NCBI RefSeq assembly: GCF_009914755.1
Contig: NC_060933.1
Length of the DNA: 64,000 nucleotides
Source: the human T2T-CHM13v2.0 reference genome, Homo sapiens
Direction: 5' to 3' (one strand)
The notes under the pieces are model-generated. The model saw only the letters and a program-made list of their open reading frames with translations. It did no database searches and was not told the origin of the DNA. The position numbers and the translations under genes are program-made. Positions 42,430 to 57,830 of this stretch are shown piece after piece; positions within the stretch are counted from its first letter, which is position 1, and each line of letters begins with the position of its first letter.

Positions 42430-45400
42430 AATGGAATCAACCCGAGTGCAATGGAATGGAGAGGAATGGAATGGAATGGAATGGAAAATACCCGAATGGA
42501 ATGGAATGTAATGGAGTGTAAGGGAATTGAATAGAATCAATTCGAATGTAATGGAATGGAATGGAACGAAATGGAATGGAATGGAATGGAATGGAATGGA
42601 ATGCAATGGAATGGAATCAACCCGAGTGCAATCGAATGGAATCGAATGGAATGGCATGCAATGGAATGGATTCAACTTGAATGGAATGGAAAGAATGGAA
42701 TCAACACGAGTGGAATGGCATGGATTGGAATTGAATGGAATGGAATCAACCCGAGTACAGGGGAATGGAATGGAATGGAATGCAATGGAATGGAACCATC
42801 CATAATGGAATGGAAAGGAATGGAATGGAATGGAATGGAATGGAATGGAATGGAATCAACTCGATTGCAATCGAATGGAATGGAATGGAATTAACCCAAA
42901 TAGAATGGAATGGAATGGAATGGAACGGAACGGAATGGAATGGAATGGAATGGAATGGAATGGAACGGAACGGAACGGAATGGATGGAATGGAATGGAAT
43001 GGAATGGAATGGAATGGAATCAACGCGAGTGCAGGGGAATGGAATGGAATGGAATGCAATGGAATGGAATCTTCCGGAATGGAATGGAATGGGATGGAAT
43101 GAAATGCAATTGATTCAACTCGATTGCAATGGAATGGAATAGAATGGTATGTAATGGAATGGAATGGAATGGAATTAACCCGAATAGAATGGAATGGAAT
43201 GGAATGGAACGGAATGGAGCGGAATGGAATGGAATGGAATGGAATGGAATGGTATGGAATGGAATGGAATGGAATGGAATGGAATGGAATCAACCCGAGT
43301 GCAATGGAATGCAGTGGAATGGAATGGAATGGAATGGAACAACCCGAATTGAATGGAATGTAATGGAGAGTAAGGGAGTTGAATAGAATCAATCCGAATG
43401 TAATGGAATGGAATGCAAAGGAATGGAATGGAATGGAATGGAATGGAATGGAATGGAATGGAATGCAATGGAATGGAATCAACCCGAGTACAATGGAATG
43501 GAATGGAATGGAATGGAATGGAATGGAATGGAATGGAATGCCTTCAAACCGAATGGAATGGAAAGGAATGGAATCAACACGAGTGGAATGGAATGGAATG
43601 GAATGGAATGGAATGGAATGATACGGAATAGAATGGAATGGAACTAAATGGAATGGAATGGAATGGAATGGAATGGAATGCAATCGTTCCGAGTGGAATA
43701 GGAGGGAATGTATTCGAGTGGAATGGAAAGGAATGGAATCAACCAGAGTGGAATGGAAGGGAATGGAATGGAATGGAAACTAATAGAATGGAATCAACCC
43801 GAGTGGAATGGAATGGAGAAGACTGGAATGGAAAGGAATGGAATGGAATGGAATGGAATGGAATGGAATGGAATGGAATCAACCCGAGTGCAATCGAATG
43901 GAATCGAATGGAATGGAATGCAATGGAATGGATTCAACTTGAATGGAAAGGAAAGAATGGAATCAACACGATTGGAATGGCATGGATTGGAATGGAATGG
44001 AATGGAATCAAACCGAGTACAGGGGAATGGAATGGAATGGAATGCAATGGAATGGAATCATCCGTAATGGAATGGAAAGGAATGGAATGGAATGGAATGG
44101 AATGGAATGGAATGGAATGGAATGCAATCAACTAGATTGCAATCGAGTGGAATGGAATGGAATTAACCCGAATAGAATGGAATGGAATGGAATGGAACGG
44201 AACTGAATGGAATGGAATGGAATGGAATGGAATGGAACGGAAAGGAATGGAATGGAATGGAACGGAATGGAAAGGAATCGAATCAACGCGAGTGCAGAGG
44301 AATACAATGGAATCGAATGGAATGGAAAGGAATGCAATGGAATTAACCCGAGTGCAGGGGAAGGTAATGGAACCGAATGCAATGGAATGGAATCATCCGG
44401 AATGGAATGGAATGAAATGGAATGGAATCAACCCGAGTGCAATGGAATGGAGTGGAATGGAAAGGAATGGAATGGAACAACCCGAATGGAATGGAATGTA
44501 ATGGAGAGTAAGGGAGTTGAAAAGAATCAATCCGAATGTAATGGAATGGAATGGAACGGAATGGAATGGAATGGGATGGAATGGAATGGAATGCAATGGA
44601 ATGGAATCTACCCGAGTACAATGGAATGGAATGGAATGGAATGGAATGGAATGGAATGGAATGGAATGGAATGCAATGAAATGGAATCTTCCGGAATGGA
44701 ATGGAATGGAATGGAATGGAATGCAATGGATTCAACTCGATTGCAATGGAATGGAATAGAATGGAATGGAGTGGAATGGAATGGAATGGAATTAAACCGA
44801 ATAGAATGGAATGGAATGGAATGGAACGGAACAGAACGGAACGGAACGGAACGGAGTGGAATGGAATGGAATGGAATTGTATGGAATGGAATGGAATGGT
44901 ACGGAATAGAATGGAATGGAAAGAATTGGAATGGAATGGAATCGAATAGAATGGAATGGAATGGAATGGAATCAACCCGAGTGCAGGGGAATGTAATGGA
45001 ACGGAATGCAATGGAATGGAATCATCCGGAATGGAATGGAATGGAAGGGAATGGAATGGAATGGAATGGAATGGAATCAACCCGAGTGCAATGGAATGGA
45101 GTGGAATGGAATGGAATGGAATGGAACAACCCGAATGGAATGGAATGTAATGGAGAGTAAGGGAGTTGAATAGAATCAATCCGAATGTAATGGAATGGAA
45201 CGGAATGGAATGGAATGGAATGGAATGGAATGGAATGGAATGGAATGGAATGCAATGGAATGGAATCAACCCGAGTGCAATGGAATGGAGAGGAATGGAA
45301 TGGAATGGAATGGAAACTACCCGAATGGAATGGAATGTAATGGAGTGTAAGGGAATTGAATAGAATCAATCCGAATGGAATGGAATGGAATGGAACGGAA

Positions 45401-45485
45401 TGTAAAGGAATGGAATGGAATGGAATCAACCCGAGTGCAGGGGAATGGAATGGAATGGAATGCAATGGAATGGAATAATCCGGAA
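42430..45485 (+). repeat. Dispersed ~3-kb copy of ~1430-4320 (offset ~41.0-41.15 kb)
   Basis: Shared rare markers are GAAAATACCC, GGAACCATCCATAAT, the 1-bp-deleted GGATGGAAT (1959 and 42982), TGCCTTCAAACCG (2391 and 43539) and GCAGGGGAAGGTAATGGAACCG. Confidence 0.88.
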
Positions 45486-48400
45486 TGGAATGGAATGGAA
45501 TGCAATGGAATGGAATGGAATGGAATCAACCCAAGTGCAATGGAATGGAGTGAAATGGAATGGAATGGAATGGAGACAACCAGAATGGATTGGAATATAA
45601 TGGAGTGTAAGGGAATTGAATAGAATCAATCTGAATGTAATGAAATGGAATGGAACGGAATGGAATGGAATGGAATGGAATGGAATGGAATGCAATGGAA
45701 TGGAATCAACCCGAGTGCAATCGAATGGAATCGAATGGAATGGAATGCAATGGAATGGATTCAACTTGAATGGAATGGAAAGAATGGAATCAACACGAGT
45801 GAAATGGCATGGATTGGAATGGAATGGAATGGAATCAACCCGAGTATAGGGGAATGGAATGGAATGGAATGCAATGGAATGGAATCATCCGTAATGGAAT
45901 GGAAAGGAATGGAATGGAATGGAATGGAATGGAATGGAATGGAATCAACTCGATTGCAATCGAATGGAATGGAATGGGATTAACCCGAATAGAATGGAAT
46001 GGAATGGAATGGAATGGAATGGAATGGAATGGAATGGAATGGAATGGAACGGAAAGGAAGGGAATGGAATGGAATAGAATGGAATGGAATGGAATCAACG
46101 CGAGTGCAGGGGAATGGAATGGAATGGAATGCAATGGAATGGAATCTTCCGGAATGGAATGGAATGCAATGGAATGGAATGGAATGGAATCAACCCGAGT
46201 GCAACGGAATGGAGTGGAATGGAATGGAATGGAATGGAACAACCCGAATGGAATGGAATGTAATGGAGAGTAAGGGAGTTGAATAGAATCAATCCGAATG
46301 TAATGGAATGGAATGGAACGGAATGGAATTGAATGGAATGGAATGGAATGCAATGGAATGGAATCAACCCAAGTGCAATGGAATGGAGAGGAATGGAAAG
46401 GAATGGAATGGAAACTACCCGAATGGAATGGAATGTAATGGAGTGTAAGGGAATTGAATAGAATCAATCCGAATGTAGTGGAATGGAATGGAACGGAATG
46501 GAATGGAATGGAATGGAATGGAATGGAATGGAATGCAATGGAATGGAATCAACCCGAGTGCAATCGAATGGAATCGAATGGAATGGAATGCAATGGAATG
46601 GATTCAACTTGAATGGAATGGAAAGAATGGAATCAACACGAGTGGAATGGAATGGCTTGGAATGGAATGGAATGGAATCAACCCGAGTACAGGGGAAAGG
46701 AATGGAATGGAATGCAATGGAATGGAATCATCCGTAATGGAATGGAAAGGAATGGAATGGAATGGAATGGAATGGAATGGAATGGAATCAACTCGATTGC
46801 AATCGAATGTAATTGAATGGAATTAACCCGAATAGAATGGAATGGAATGGAATGGAACGGAACGGAAAGGAATGGAATGGAATGGAATGCAATGGAATGG
46901 AACGGAACGGAAAGGAATGGAATGGAATGGAATGGAATGGAATGGAATCAACGCGAGTGCAGGGGAATGGAATGGAATGGAATGCAATGGAATGGAATCT
47001 TCCGGAATGGAATGGAATGGAATGGAATGGAGTGAAATGCAATGGATTCAACTCGATTGCAATGGAATGGAATAGAATGGAATGGAATGGAATGGAATGG
47101 AATTAATCCGAATAGAATGGAATGGAATGGAATGGAACGGAATGGAACGGAATGGAATGAAATGGAATGGAATGGAATGGTATGGAATGGAATGGAATGG
47201 TACGGAATAGAATGGAATGGAACGAATTGTAATGGAATGGAATTGAATGGAATGGAATGGAATGGAATGGAATCAACCCGAGTGCAATGGAATGGAGTGG
47301 AATGGAATGGAATGGAATGGAACAACCCGAATGGAATGGAATGTAATGGAGAGTAAGGGAGTTGAATAGAATCAATCCGAATGTAATGGAATCGAATGCA
47401 ACGGAATGGAATGGAATGGAATGGAATGGAATGCAATGGAATTCAATCAACCTGAGTACAATGGAATGGAACGGAATGCAATGGAATGATACGGAATAGA
47501 ATGGAATGGAAAGAAATGGAATGGAATGGAATGGAATGGAATGGAATGCAATGGAATTGAATCAACCCGAGTACAATGGAATGGAATGGAATGGAATGGA
47601 ATGGAATTAACCCGAATACAATGGAATGGAATGGAATGGAACAGAATGGAGTGGAATGGAATGGAATCAACCCGAGTGCAGGGGAATGGAATGGAATGGA
47701 ATGCAATGGAATGGAATCATCCGTAATGGAATGGAAAGGAATGGAATGGAATGGAATGGAATGGAATGGAATGGAATGGAATGGAATAGAATCAACTCGA
47801 TTGCAATGGAATGGAATGGAATGGAATTAACCCGAATAGAATAGAATGGAATGGAATGGAACGGAACGGAATGGAATGGAATGGAATGGAATGGAATGGA
47901 ACGGAACGGAACGGAATGGATGGAATTGAATGGAATGGAATGGAATCAACGCGAGTGCAGGGGAAAGGAATGGAATGGAATGCAATGGAATGGAATCTTC
48001 CGGAATGGAATGGAATGGAATGGAATGGAATGAAATGCAATTGATTCAACTCGATTGCAATGGAATGGAATAGAATGGAATGGAATGGAATGGAATGGAA
48101 TGGAATTAACCCGAATAGAATGGAATGGAATGGAATGGAACGGAATGGAATGGAATCAACCCGAGTGCAATGGAATGGAGAGGAATGGAATGGAATGGAA
48201 TGGAAACTACCCGAATGGAATGGAATGCATTGGAGTGTAAGGGAATTGAATAGAATCAATCCGAATGGAATGGAATGGAATGGAACGGAATGTAATGGAA
48301 TGGAATGGAATGGAATCAACCCGAGTGCAGGGGAATGGAATGGAAAGGAATGCAATCGAATGGAATCATCCGGAATGGAATGGAATGGAATGCAATGGAA

Positions 48401-51400
48401 TAGAATCCACCCGAGTGCAATGGAATGGAGTGAAATGGAATGGAATGGAATGGAAACAACCAGAATGGATTGGAATATAATGGAGTGTAAGGGAATTGAA
48501 TAGAATCAATCTGAATGTAATGAAATGGAATGGAACGGAATGGAATGGAGTGGAATGGAATGGAATGGAATGGAATGCAATGGAATGGAATCAACCCGAG
48601 TGCAATCGAATGGAATCGAATGGAATGGAATGCAATGGAATGGATTCAACTTGAATGGAATGGAAAGAATGGAATCAACACGAGTGGAATGGCATGGATT
48701 GGAATGGAATGGAATGGAATCAACCCGAGTACAGGGGAATGGAATGGAATGGAATGCAATGGAATGGAATCATCCGTAATGGAATGGAAAGGAATGGAAT
48801 GGAACGGAATGGAATGGAATGGAATGGAATGGAATCAACTCGATTGCAATCGAATGTAATGGAATGGAATTAACCCGAATAGAATGGAATGGAATGGAAT
48901 GGAACGGAACGGAATGGAATGGAATGGAATGGAATGGAACGGAACGGAACGGAATGGAATGGAATGGAATGGAATGGAATGGAATGGAATCAACGCGAGT
49001 GCAGGGGAATGGAATGGAATGGAATGAAATGGAATGGAATCTTCCGGAATGGAATGGAATGGAATGCAATGGAATGGAATGAAATGCAATGGATTCAACT
49101 CGATTGCAATGCAATGGAATAGAATGGAATGGAATGGAATGGAATGGAATTAATTCGAATAGAATGGAATGGAATGGAATGGAACGGAATGGAACGGAAT
49201 GGAATGGAATGGAATGGAATTTAATGGTATGGAATGGAATGGAATGGTACGGAATAGAATGGAATGGAACGAATTGTAATGGAATGGAATTGAATGGAAT
49301 GGAATGGAATGGAATCAACGCGAGTGCAGGGGAAAGTAATGGAACGGAATGCAATGGAATGGAATCATCCAGAATGGAATGGAATGGAATGGAATGGAAT
49401 GGAATCAACCCGAGTGCAATGGAATGGAGTGGAATGGAATGGAATGGAATGGAACAACCTGAATGGAATTGAATGTAATGGAGAGTAAGGGAGTTGAATA
49501 GAATCAATCCGAATGTAATGGAATGGAAAGCAACGGAATGGAATGGAATGGAATGGAATGGAATGCAATGGAATTGAATCAACCCGAGTACAATGGAATG
49601 GAATGGAATGGAATGGAATGGAATGGAATGGAATGCAATGATACGGAATAGAATGGAATGGAACGAAATGGAATGGAATGGAATGGAATGGAATGGAATG
49701 GAATGGAATGGAATGGAATGGAATCGTTCCGAGTGGAATAGGAGGGAATGTATTCGAGTGGAATGGAAAGGAATGGAATCAACCAGAGTGGAATGGAAGG
49801 GAATGGAATGGAATGGAAACTAATAGAATGGAATCAACCTGAGAGGAATGGAATGGAAAGGACTGGAATGGAATGGAATGGAATGGAATGGAATGGAATG
49901 GAATTAACCCGAATACAATGCAATGGAATGGAATGGAATGGAATGGAGTGGAATGGAATGGAATCAACCCGAGTGCAGGGGAATGGAATGGAATGGAATG
50001 CAATGGAATGGAATCATCCGGAATGGAATGGAATGGAATGGAATGCAAAGCAATGGAATCAACTCGATTGCAATGGAATGGAATGGAATGGAAAGGAATA
50101 CATTGGAATCAACCCGAGTGGAATGGAATGGAAAGGACTGGAATGGAGTGGAATGGAATGGAATGGAATGGAATGGAATCAACTCGATTGGAATGGAATG
50201 GAATGGAATGGAATTAACCCGAATAGAATGGAATGGAATGCAACGGAACGGAACGGAACGGAATGGAATGGAATGGAATGGAATGGAATGGAAACAACCC
50301 GACTGCCGGGGAATGGAATGGAATGGAATGCAATGGAATGGATTCAACTTGAATGGAATGGAAAGAATGGAATCAACAGGAGTGGAATGGCATGGATTGG
50401 AATGGAATGGAATGGAATCAACCCGAGTACAGGGGAATGGAATGGAATGGAATGCAATGGAATGGAATCATCCGTAATGGAATGGAAAGGAATGGAATGG
50501 AATGGAATGGAATGCAATGGAATGGAATCAACTCGATTGCAATCGAATGGAATGGAATGGAATTAACCCGAATAGAATGGAATGGAATGGAACGGAACGG
50601 AACGGAACGGAATGGAATGTATTGGAATGGAATGGAATGGAATGGAACGGAAAGGAATGGAATGGAATGGAATGGAATGGAATGGAATGGAATCAACGCG
50701 AGTGCAGGGGAATGGAATGGAATGGAATGCAATGGAATGGAATCTTCCGGAATGGAATGGAATGGAATGGAATGGAATGGAATGGAATGGAATGGAATAA
50801 ACCCGAGTGCAATGGAATGGGGTGGAATGGAATGGAATGGAATGGAATGGAACAACCCGAATGGAATGGAATGTAATGGAGAGTAAGGGAGTTGAATAGA
50901 ATCAATCCGAATGTAATGGAATGGAATGGAACGGAATGGAATGGAATGGAATGGAATGGAATGGAATAGAATGGAATGCAATGGAATGGATTCAACTTGA
51001 ATGGAAAGGAAAGAATGGAATCAACACGAGTGGAATGGAATGGATTGGAATGGAATGGAATGGAATCAACCCGAGTACAGGGGAATGGAATGGAATGGAA
51101 TGCACTGGAATGGAATCATCCGTAATGGAATGGAATGGAATGGAATGGAATGGAATGGAATGGAATGGAATGGAATGGAATGGAATGGAATCAACTCGAT
51201 TGCAATCGAATGGAATGGAATGGAATTAACCCGAATAGAATGGAATGGAATGGAATGGAACGGAACGGAATAGAATGGAATGGAATGGAATGGAATGGAA
51301 TGGAACGGAAAGGATGGGAATGGAATGGAATGGAATGGAATGGAATGGAATGGAATGGAATCAACTCGATTGCAATCGAATGGAATGGAATGGAATTAAC

Positions 51401-53764
51401 CCGAATAGAATGGAATGGAATGGAATGGAACGGAACGGAATGGAATGGAATGGAATGGAATGGAATGGAATGGAATCAACCCGAGTGCAATGGAATGGAG
51501 TGGAATGGAATGGAATGGAATGGAACAACCCGAATGGAATGGAATGTAATGGAGAGTAAGGGAGTTGAAAAGAATAATTCCGAATGTAATGGAATGGAAT
51601 GGAACGGAATGGAATGGAATGGAATGGAATGGAATTGAATGGAATGGAATGCAATGGAATGGAAACAACCCGAGTACAATGGAATGGAATGGAATGGAAT
51701 GGAATGGAATGGAATGGAATGGAATGGAATGCAATGGAATGGAATGCAATGGAATGGAATCTTCAGGAATGGAATGGAATGGAATGGAATGGAATGGAAT
51801 GGAATGCAATGGATTCAACTCGATTGCAATGGAATGGAATAGAATGGAATGGAATGGAATGGAATGGAATGGAATGGAATTAAACCGAATAGAATGGAAT
51901 GGAATTGAATGGAACGGAACAGAACGGAACGGAACGGAACGGAGTGGAATGGAATGGAATGGAATTGTATGAAATGGAATGGAGTGGTACGGAATAGAAT
52001 GGAATGGAAAGAATTGGAATGGAATGGAATGGAATGGAATGGAATGGAATGGAATGGAATCAACCCGAGTGCAATCGAATGGAGTGGAATGGAATGGAAT
52101 AGAATGGAACAACCCGAATGGAATGGAATGTAATGGAGAGTAAGGGAGTTGAATAGAATCAATCCGAATGTAATGGAATGGAATGCAACGGAATGGAATG
52201 GAATGGAATGGAATGGAATGCAATGGAATGGAATCAACCCGAGTACAATGGAATGGAATGGAATGGAATGGAATGGAATGGAATGATACGGAATAGAATG
52301 GAATGGAACGAAATGGAATGGAATGGAATGGAATGGAATGGAATGGAATGGAATGGAATGGAATCGTTCCGAGTGGAATAGGAGGGAATGTATTCGAGTG
52401 GAATGGAAAGGAATGGAATCAACCAGAGTGGAATGGAAGGGAATGGAATGGAATGGAAACTAATAGAATGGAATCAACCAGAGTGGAATGGAATGGAAAG
52501 GACTGGAATGGAATGGAATGGAATGGAATCAACTGGATTGTAATGGAATGGAATGGAATGGAATGGAATGGAATGGAATGGAATGGAATTAACCCGAATA
52601 CAATGGAATGGAATGGAATGGAGTGGAATGGAATGGAATCAACCCGAGTGCAGGGGAATGGAATGGAATGGAATGCAATGGAATGGAATCATCCGGAATG
52701 GAATGGAATGGAATGGAATGCAAAGCAATGGAATCAACTCGATTGCAATGGAATGGAATGGAATGGAAAGGAATACATTGGAATCAACCCGAGTGGAATG
52801 GAAAGGAAAGGACTGGAATGAAGTGGAATGGAATGGAATGGAATGGAATGGAATGGAATGGAATGGAATGGAATGGAATCAACTTGATTGGAATGGAATG
52901 GAATGGAATGGAATGGAATGGAATGGAATCAACCCGACTGCAGGGGAATGGAATGGAATGGAATGCAATGGAATGGATTCAAGTTGAATGGAATGGAAAG
53001 AATGGAATCAACACGAGTGGAATGGCATGTATTGGAATGGAATGGAATGGAATCAACCCGAGTACAGGGGAATGGAATGGAATGGAATGCAATGGAATGG
53101 AATCATCCGTAATGGAATGGAAAGGAATGGAATGGAATGGAATGGAATGGAATGGAATGGAATGGAATTGAATGGAATGGATTCAACTCGATTGCAATCG
53201 AATGGAATGGAATGGAATTAACCCGAATAGAATGGAATGGAATGGAATGGAACGGAAGGGAACGGAACGGAATGGAATGGAATGGAATGGAATGGAATGG
53301 AATGGAATTAACCCGAATAGAATCGAATGGAATGGAATGGAACGGAATGGAACGGAATGGAATGGAATGGAATGGAATGGAATGGAATGGAATGGTATGG
53401 AATGGAATGGAATGGTACGGAATAGAATGGAATGGAACGAATTGTAATGGAATGGAATTGAATGGAATGGAATGGAATGGAATGGAATCAACGCGAGTGC
53501 AGGGGAATGTAATGGAACGGAATGCAATGGAAAGGAATCATCCGGAATGGAATGGAATGGAATGGAATGGAATGGAATGGAATGGAATGGAATCAACCCG
53601 AGTGCAATGGAATGGAGTGCAATGGAATGGAATGGAATGGAACAACCCGAATGGAATGTAATGTAATGGAGAGTAAGGGAGTTGAATAGAATCAATCCGA
53701 ATGTAATGGAATGGAATGCAACGGAATGGAATGGAATGGAATGGAATGGAATGGAATGGAATGG

Positions 53765-54115
53765 AATCAACCCGAGTGGAATGGCATGAAATGGAATGCA
53801 ATGGAATGGAATGGAATGGAATCAACTCGAGTGGAAAGGAATGGAATGGAATGGAATGAAATCAACTCGAGTGGAATGGAATGGAATGGAATAGATTGGA
53901 ATGGATTGCAACGGAATGAAATGGAATGGAATGGAATGGAATCAATCATTCCGAGTGGAATGGAAGGGAATGTAATGGACTGGAAAGAAGGGAATGGAAT
54001 CAATCCGATTGGAATGCAAGGCAATGGAATGGAATGGAAAGGAATGGAATGCAATCAACTCGATTGCAATGGAATGGAATGGAATGGAATGGAATGGAAT
54101 TAACCGGAATAGAAT
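53765..54115 (+). repeat. Divergent HSat3 module E, copy 1
   Basis: Contains CAACTCGAGT twice, then GGATTGCAACGG and CAATCATTCCGAGT...GGAAAGAAGGGAAT...GCAAGGCAAT. I did not see these motifs before 53.7 kb. Confidence 0.85.
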
Positions 54116-57100
54116 GGAATGCAATGGAATGGATTCAACTTGAATGGAATGGAAAGAATGGAAACAACAAGAGTGGAATGGCATGGATTGGAATGGAATG
54201 GAATGGAATCAACCCGAGTACAGGGGAATGGAATGGAATGGAATGCAATGGAATGGAATCATCCGTAATGGAATGGAAAGGAAAGGAATGGAATGGAATG
54301 GAATGGATTGGAATGGAATGGAATCAACTCGATTGCAATCGAATGGAATGGAATGGAATTAACCCGAAAAGAATGGAATGGAATGGAATGGAACGGAACG
54401 GAACGGAATGGAATGGATTGGAATGGAATGGAATGGAATGGAATGGAATGGAATGGAACGGAAAGGAATGGAATGGAATGGAAGGGAATGGAATGGAATG
54501 GAATGGAATGGAATGGAATCAACGCGAGTGCAGGGGAATCGAATGGAATGGAATGCAATGGAATGGAATCTTCCGGAATGCAATGGAATGGAATGGAATG
54601 GAATGGAATGGAATGGAATGGAATGGAATAAACCCGAGTGCAATGGAATGGAGTGGAATGGAATGGAATGGAATGGAACAACCCGAATGGAATGGAATGT
54701 AATGGAGAGTAAGGGAGTTGAATAGAATCAATCCGAATGTAATGGAATGCAATGGAACGGAATGGAATTGAATGGAATGGAATGGAATGCAATGGAATGG
54801 AATCAACCCGAGTGCAAAGGAATGGAGAGGAATGGAATGGAATAGAATGGAAACTACCCGAATGGAATGGAATGTAATGGAGTGTAAGGGAATTGAATAG
54901 AATCAATCCGAATGTAATGGAATGGAATGGAACGGAATGGAATGGAATGGAATGGAATGGAATGCAATGGAATGGAATCAACCAGAGTGCAATCGAATGG
55001 AATCGAATGAATGGAATGCAATGGAATGGATTCAACTTGAATGGAATGGAAAGAATGGAATCAACACGAGTGGAATGGCATGGATTGGAATGGAATGGAA
55101 TGGAATCAACCCGAGTACAGGGGAATGGAATGGAATGGAATGCAATGGAATGGAATCATCCGTAATGGAATTGAAAGGAATGGAATGGAATGGAATGGAA
55201 TGGAATGGAATGGAATGGAATGGAATCAACTCGATTGCAATCGAATGGAATGGAATGGAATTAACCAGAAGAGAATGGAATGGAATAGAATGGAACAGAA
55301 CGGAATGGAATGGAATGGAATGGAATGGAACGGAACGGAATGGAATGGAATGGAATGGAATGCAATGGAATGGAAACTTCCGGAATGGAATGGAATGGAA
55401 TGGAGTGGAATGAAATGCAATGGATTCAACTCGATTGCAATGGAATGGAATAGAATGGAATGGAATGGAATGGAATGGAATTAATCCGAATAGAATGGAA
55501 TGGAATGGAATGGAACGGAATGGAACGGAATGGAATGGAATGGATTGGTATGGAATGGAATGGAATGGTACGGAATAGAATGGAATGGAACGAATTGTAA
55601 TGGAATGGAATTGAATGGAATGGAATGGAATGGAATGGAATCAACGCGAGTGCAGAGGAATGTAATGGAACGGAATGCAATGGAATGGAATCATCCGGAA
55701 TGGAATGGAATGGAATGGAATGGAATGGAATGGAATGGAATCAACCCGAGTGCAATGGAATGGAGTGGAATGGAATGGAATGGAATGGAACAACCCGAAT
55801 GGAATGGAATGTAATGGAGAGTAAGGGAGTTGAATAGAATCAATCCGAATGTAATGGAATGGAATGCAACGGAATGGAATGGAATGGAATGGAATGCAAT
55901 GGAATGGAATCAACCCGAGTACAATGGAATGGAATGGAATGGAATGGAATGGAATGGAATGGAATGGAATGGAATGGAATGGAATGGAATGGAATGATAC
56001 GTAATAGAATGGAATGGAACGAAATGGAATGGAATGGAATGGAATGGAATGGAATGGAATGGAATGGAATGGAATCGTTCCGAGTGGAATAGGAGGGAAT
56101 GTATTCCAGTGGAATGGAAAGGAATGGAATCAACCAGAGTGGAATGGAAGGGAATGGAATGGAATGGAATCTAATAGAATGGAATCAACCCAAGTGGAAT
56201 GGAATGGAAAAGACTGGAATGGAATGGAATGGAATGGAATCAACTCGATTGTTATGGAATGGAATGGAATGGAATGAAATGGAATGGAATTAACCTGAAT
56301 ACAATGGAATGGAATGGAACGGAATGGAGTGGAATGGAATGGAATCAACCCGAGTGCAGGGGAATGGAATGGAATGGAATGCAATGGAATGGAATGGAAT
56401 GGAATGGAATGCAAAGCAATGGAATCAACTCGATTGCAATGGAATGGAATGGAATGGAAAGGAATACATTGGAATTAACCCGAGTGGAATGGAATGGAAA
56501 GGACTGGAATGGAGTGGAATAGAATGGAATGGAATGGAATGGAATGGAATGGAATCAACTTGATTAGAATGGAATGGAATGGAATGGAATGGAATGGAAT
56601 GGAATTAACCCGAATAGAACGGAATGGAAGGGAATGGAACGGAACGGAACGGATTGGAATGGAATGGAATGGAATGGAATGGAATGGAATCGAATCAACC
56701 CGACTGCAGGGGAATGGAATGGAATGGAATGCAATGGAATGGATTCAACTTGAATGGAATGGAAAGAATGGAATCAACACGAGTGGAAGGGCATGGATTG
56801 GAATGGAATGTAATGGAATGGAATGGAATGGAATGGAATCAACGCGACTGCAGGGGAATGGAATGGAATGGAATGCAATGGAATGGAATCTTCCGGAATG
56901 GAATGGAATGGAATGGAATGGAATGAAATGCAATGGATTCAACTCGATTGCAATGGAATGGAATAGAATGGAATGGAATGGAATGGAATGGAATTAACCC
57001 GAATAGAATGGAATGGATTGGAATGGAACGGAATGGAACGGAATGGAATGGAATGGAATGGAATGGAATGGAATGGAATGGAATGGTATGGAATGGAATG

Positions 57101-57459
57101 GAATGGTACGGAATAGAATGGAATGGAACGAATTGTAATGGAATGGAATTGAATGGAATGGAATGGAATGGAATGGAATCAACGCGAGTGCAGGGGAATG
57201 TAATGGAACGGAATGCAATGGAATGGCATCATCCGGAATGGAATGGAATGGAATGGAATGCAATGGAATCAACCCGAGTGTAATGGAATGGAGTGGAATG
57301 GAATGGAATGGAATGGAACAACCCGAATGGAATGGAATGGAATGGAGAGTAAGGGAGTTGAATAGAATCAATCCGAATGTAATGGAATGGAATGCAACGG
57401 AATGGAATGGAATGGAATGGAATGGAATGGAATGGAATGGAATGGAATGCAAAGGAATG

Positions 57460-57830
57460 GAATCAACCCGAGTGGAATTGCAAGGAATGGAATGCAATGG
57501 AATGGAAGGGAATGGAATCAACTCGAGTGGAAAGGAATGGAATGGAATGGAAAGGAATGGAATGAAATCAACTGGAGTGGAATGGAATGGAATGGAATGG
57601 ATTGGAATGGATTGCAACGGAATGAAATGGAATGGAATGGAATGGAATCAATCATTCCGAGTGGAATGGAAGGGAATGTAATGGAGTGGAAAGAAGGGAA
57701 TGGAATCAACCCGATTGGAATGCAAGGCAATGGAATGGAATGGAAAGGAATGGAATGGAATCAACTCGATTACAATGGAATGGAATGGAATGGAATGGAA
57801 TGCAATGGAATTAACCGGAATAGAATGGAA
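57460..57830 (+). repeat. Divergent HSat3 module E, copy 2
   Basis: CAATCATTCCGAGT at 57649 lies 3706 bp after copy 1, with the same flanking motifs. Confidence 0.85.

Noticed and set aside
55926-55995. Pure (GGAAT)14 run as a pathogenic-type TGGAA expansion
   Set aside because: This is the longest pure run I noticed (70 bp). It is ordinary within HSat3 and is not embedded in a gene.
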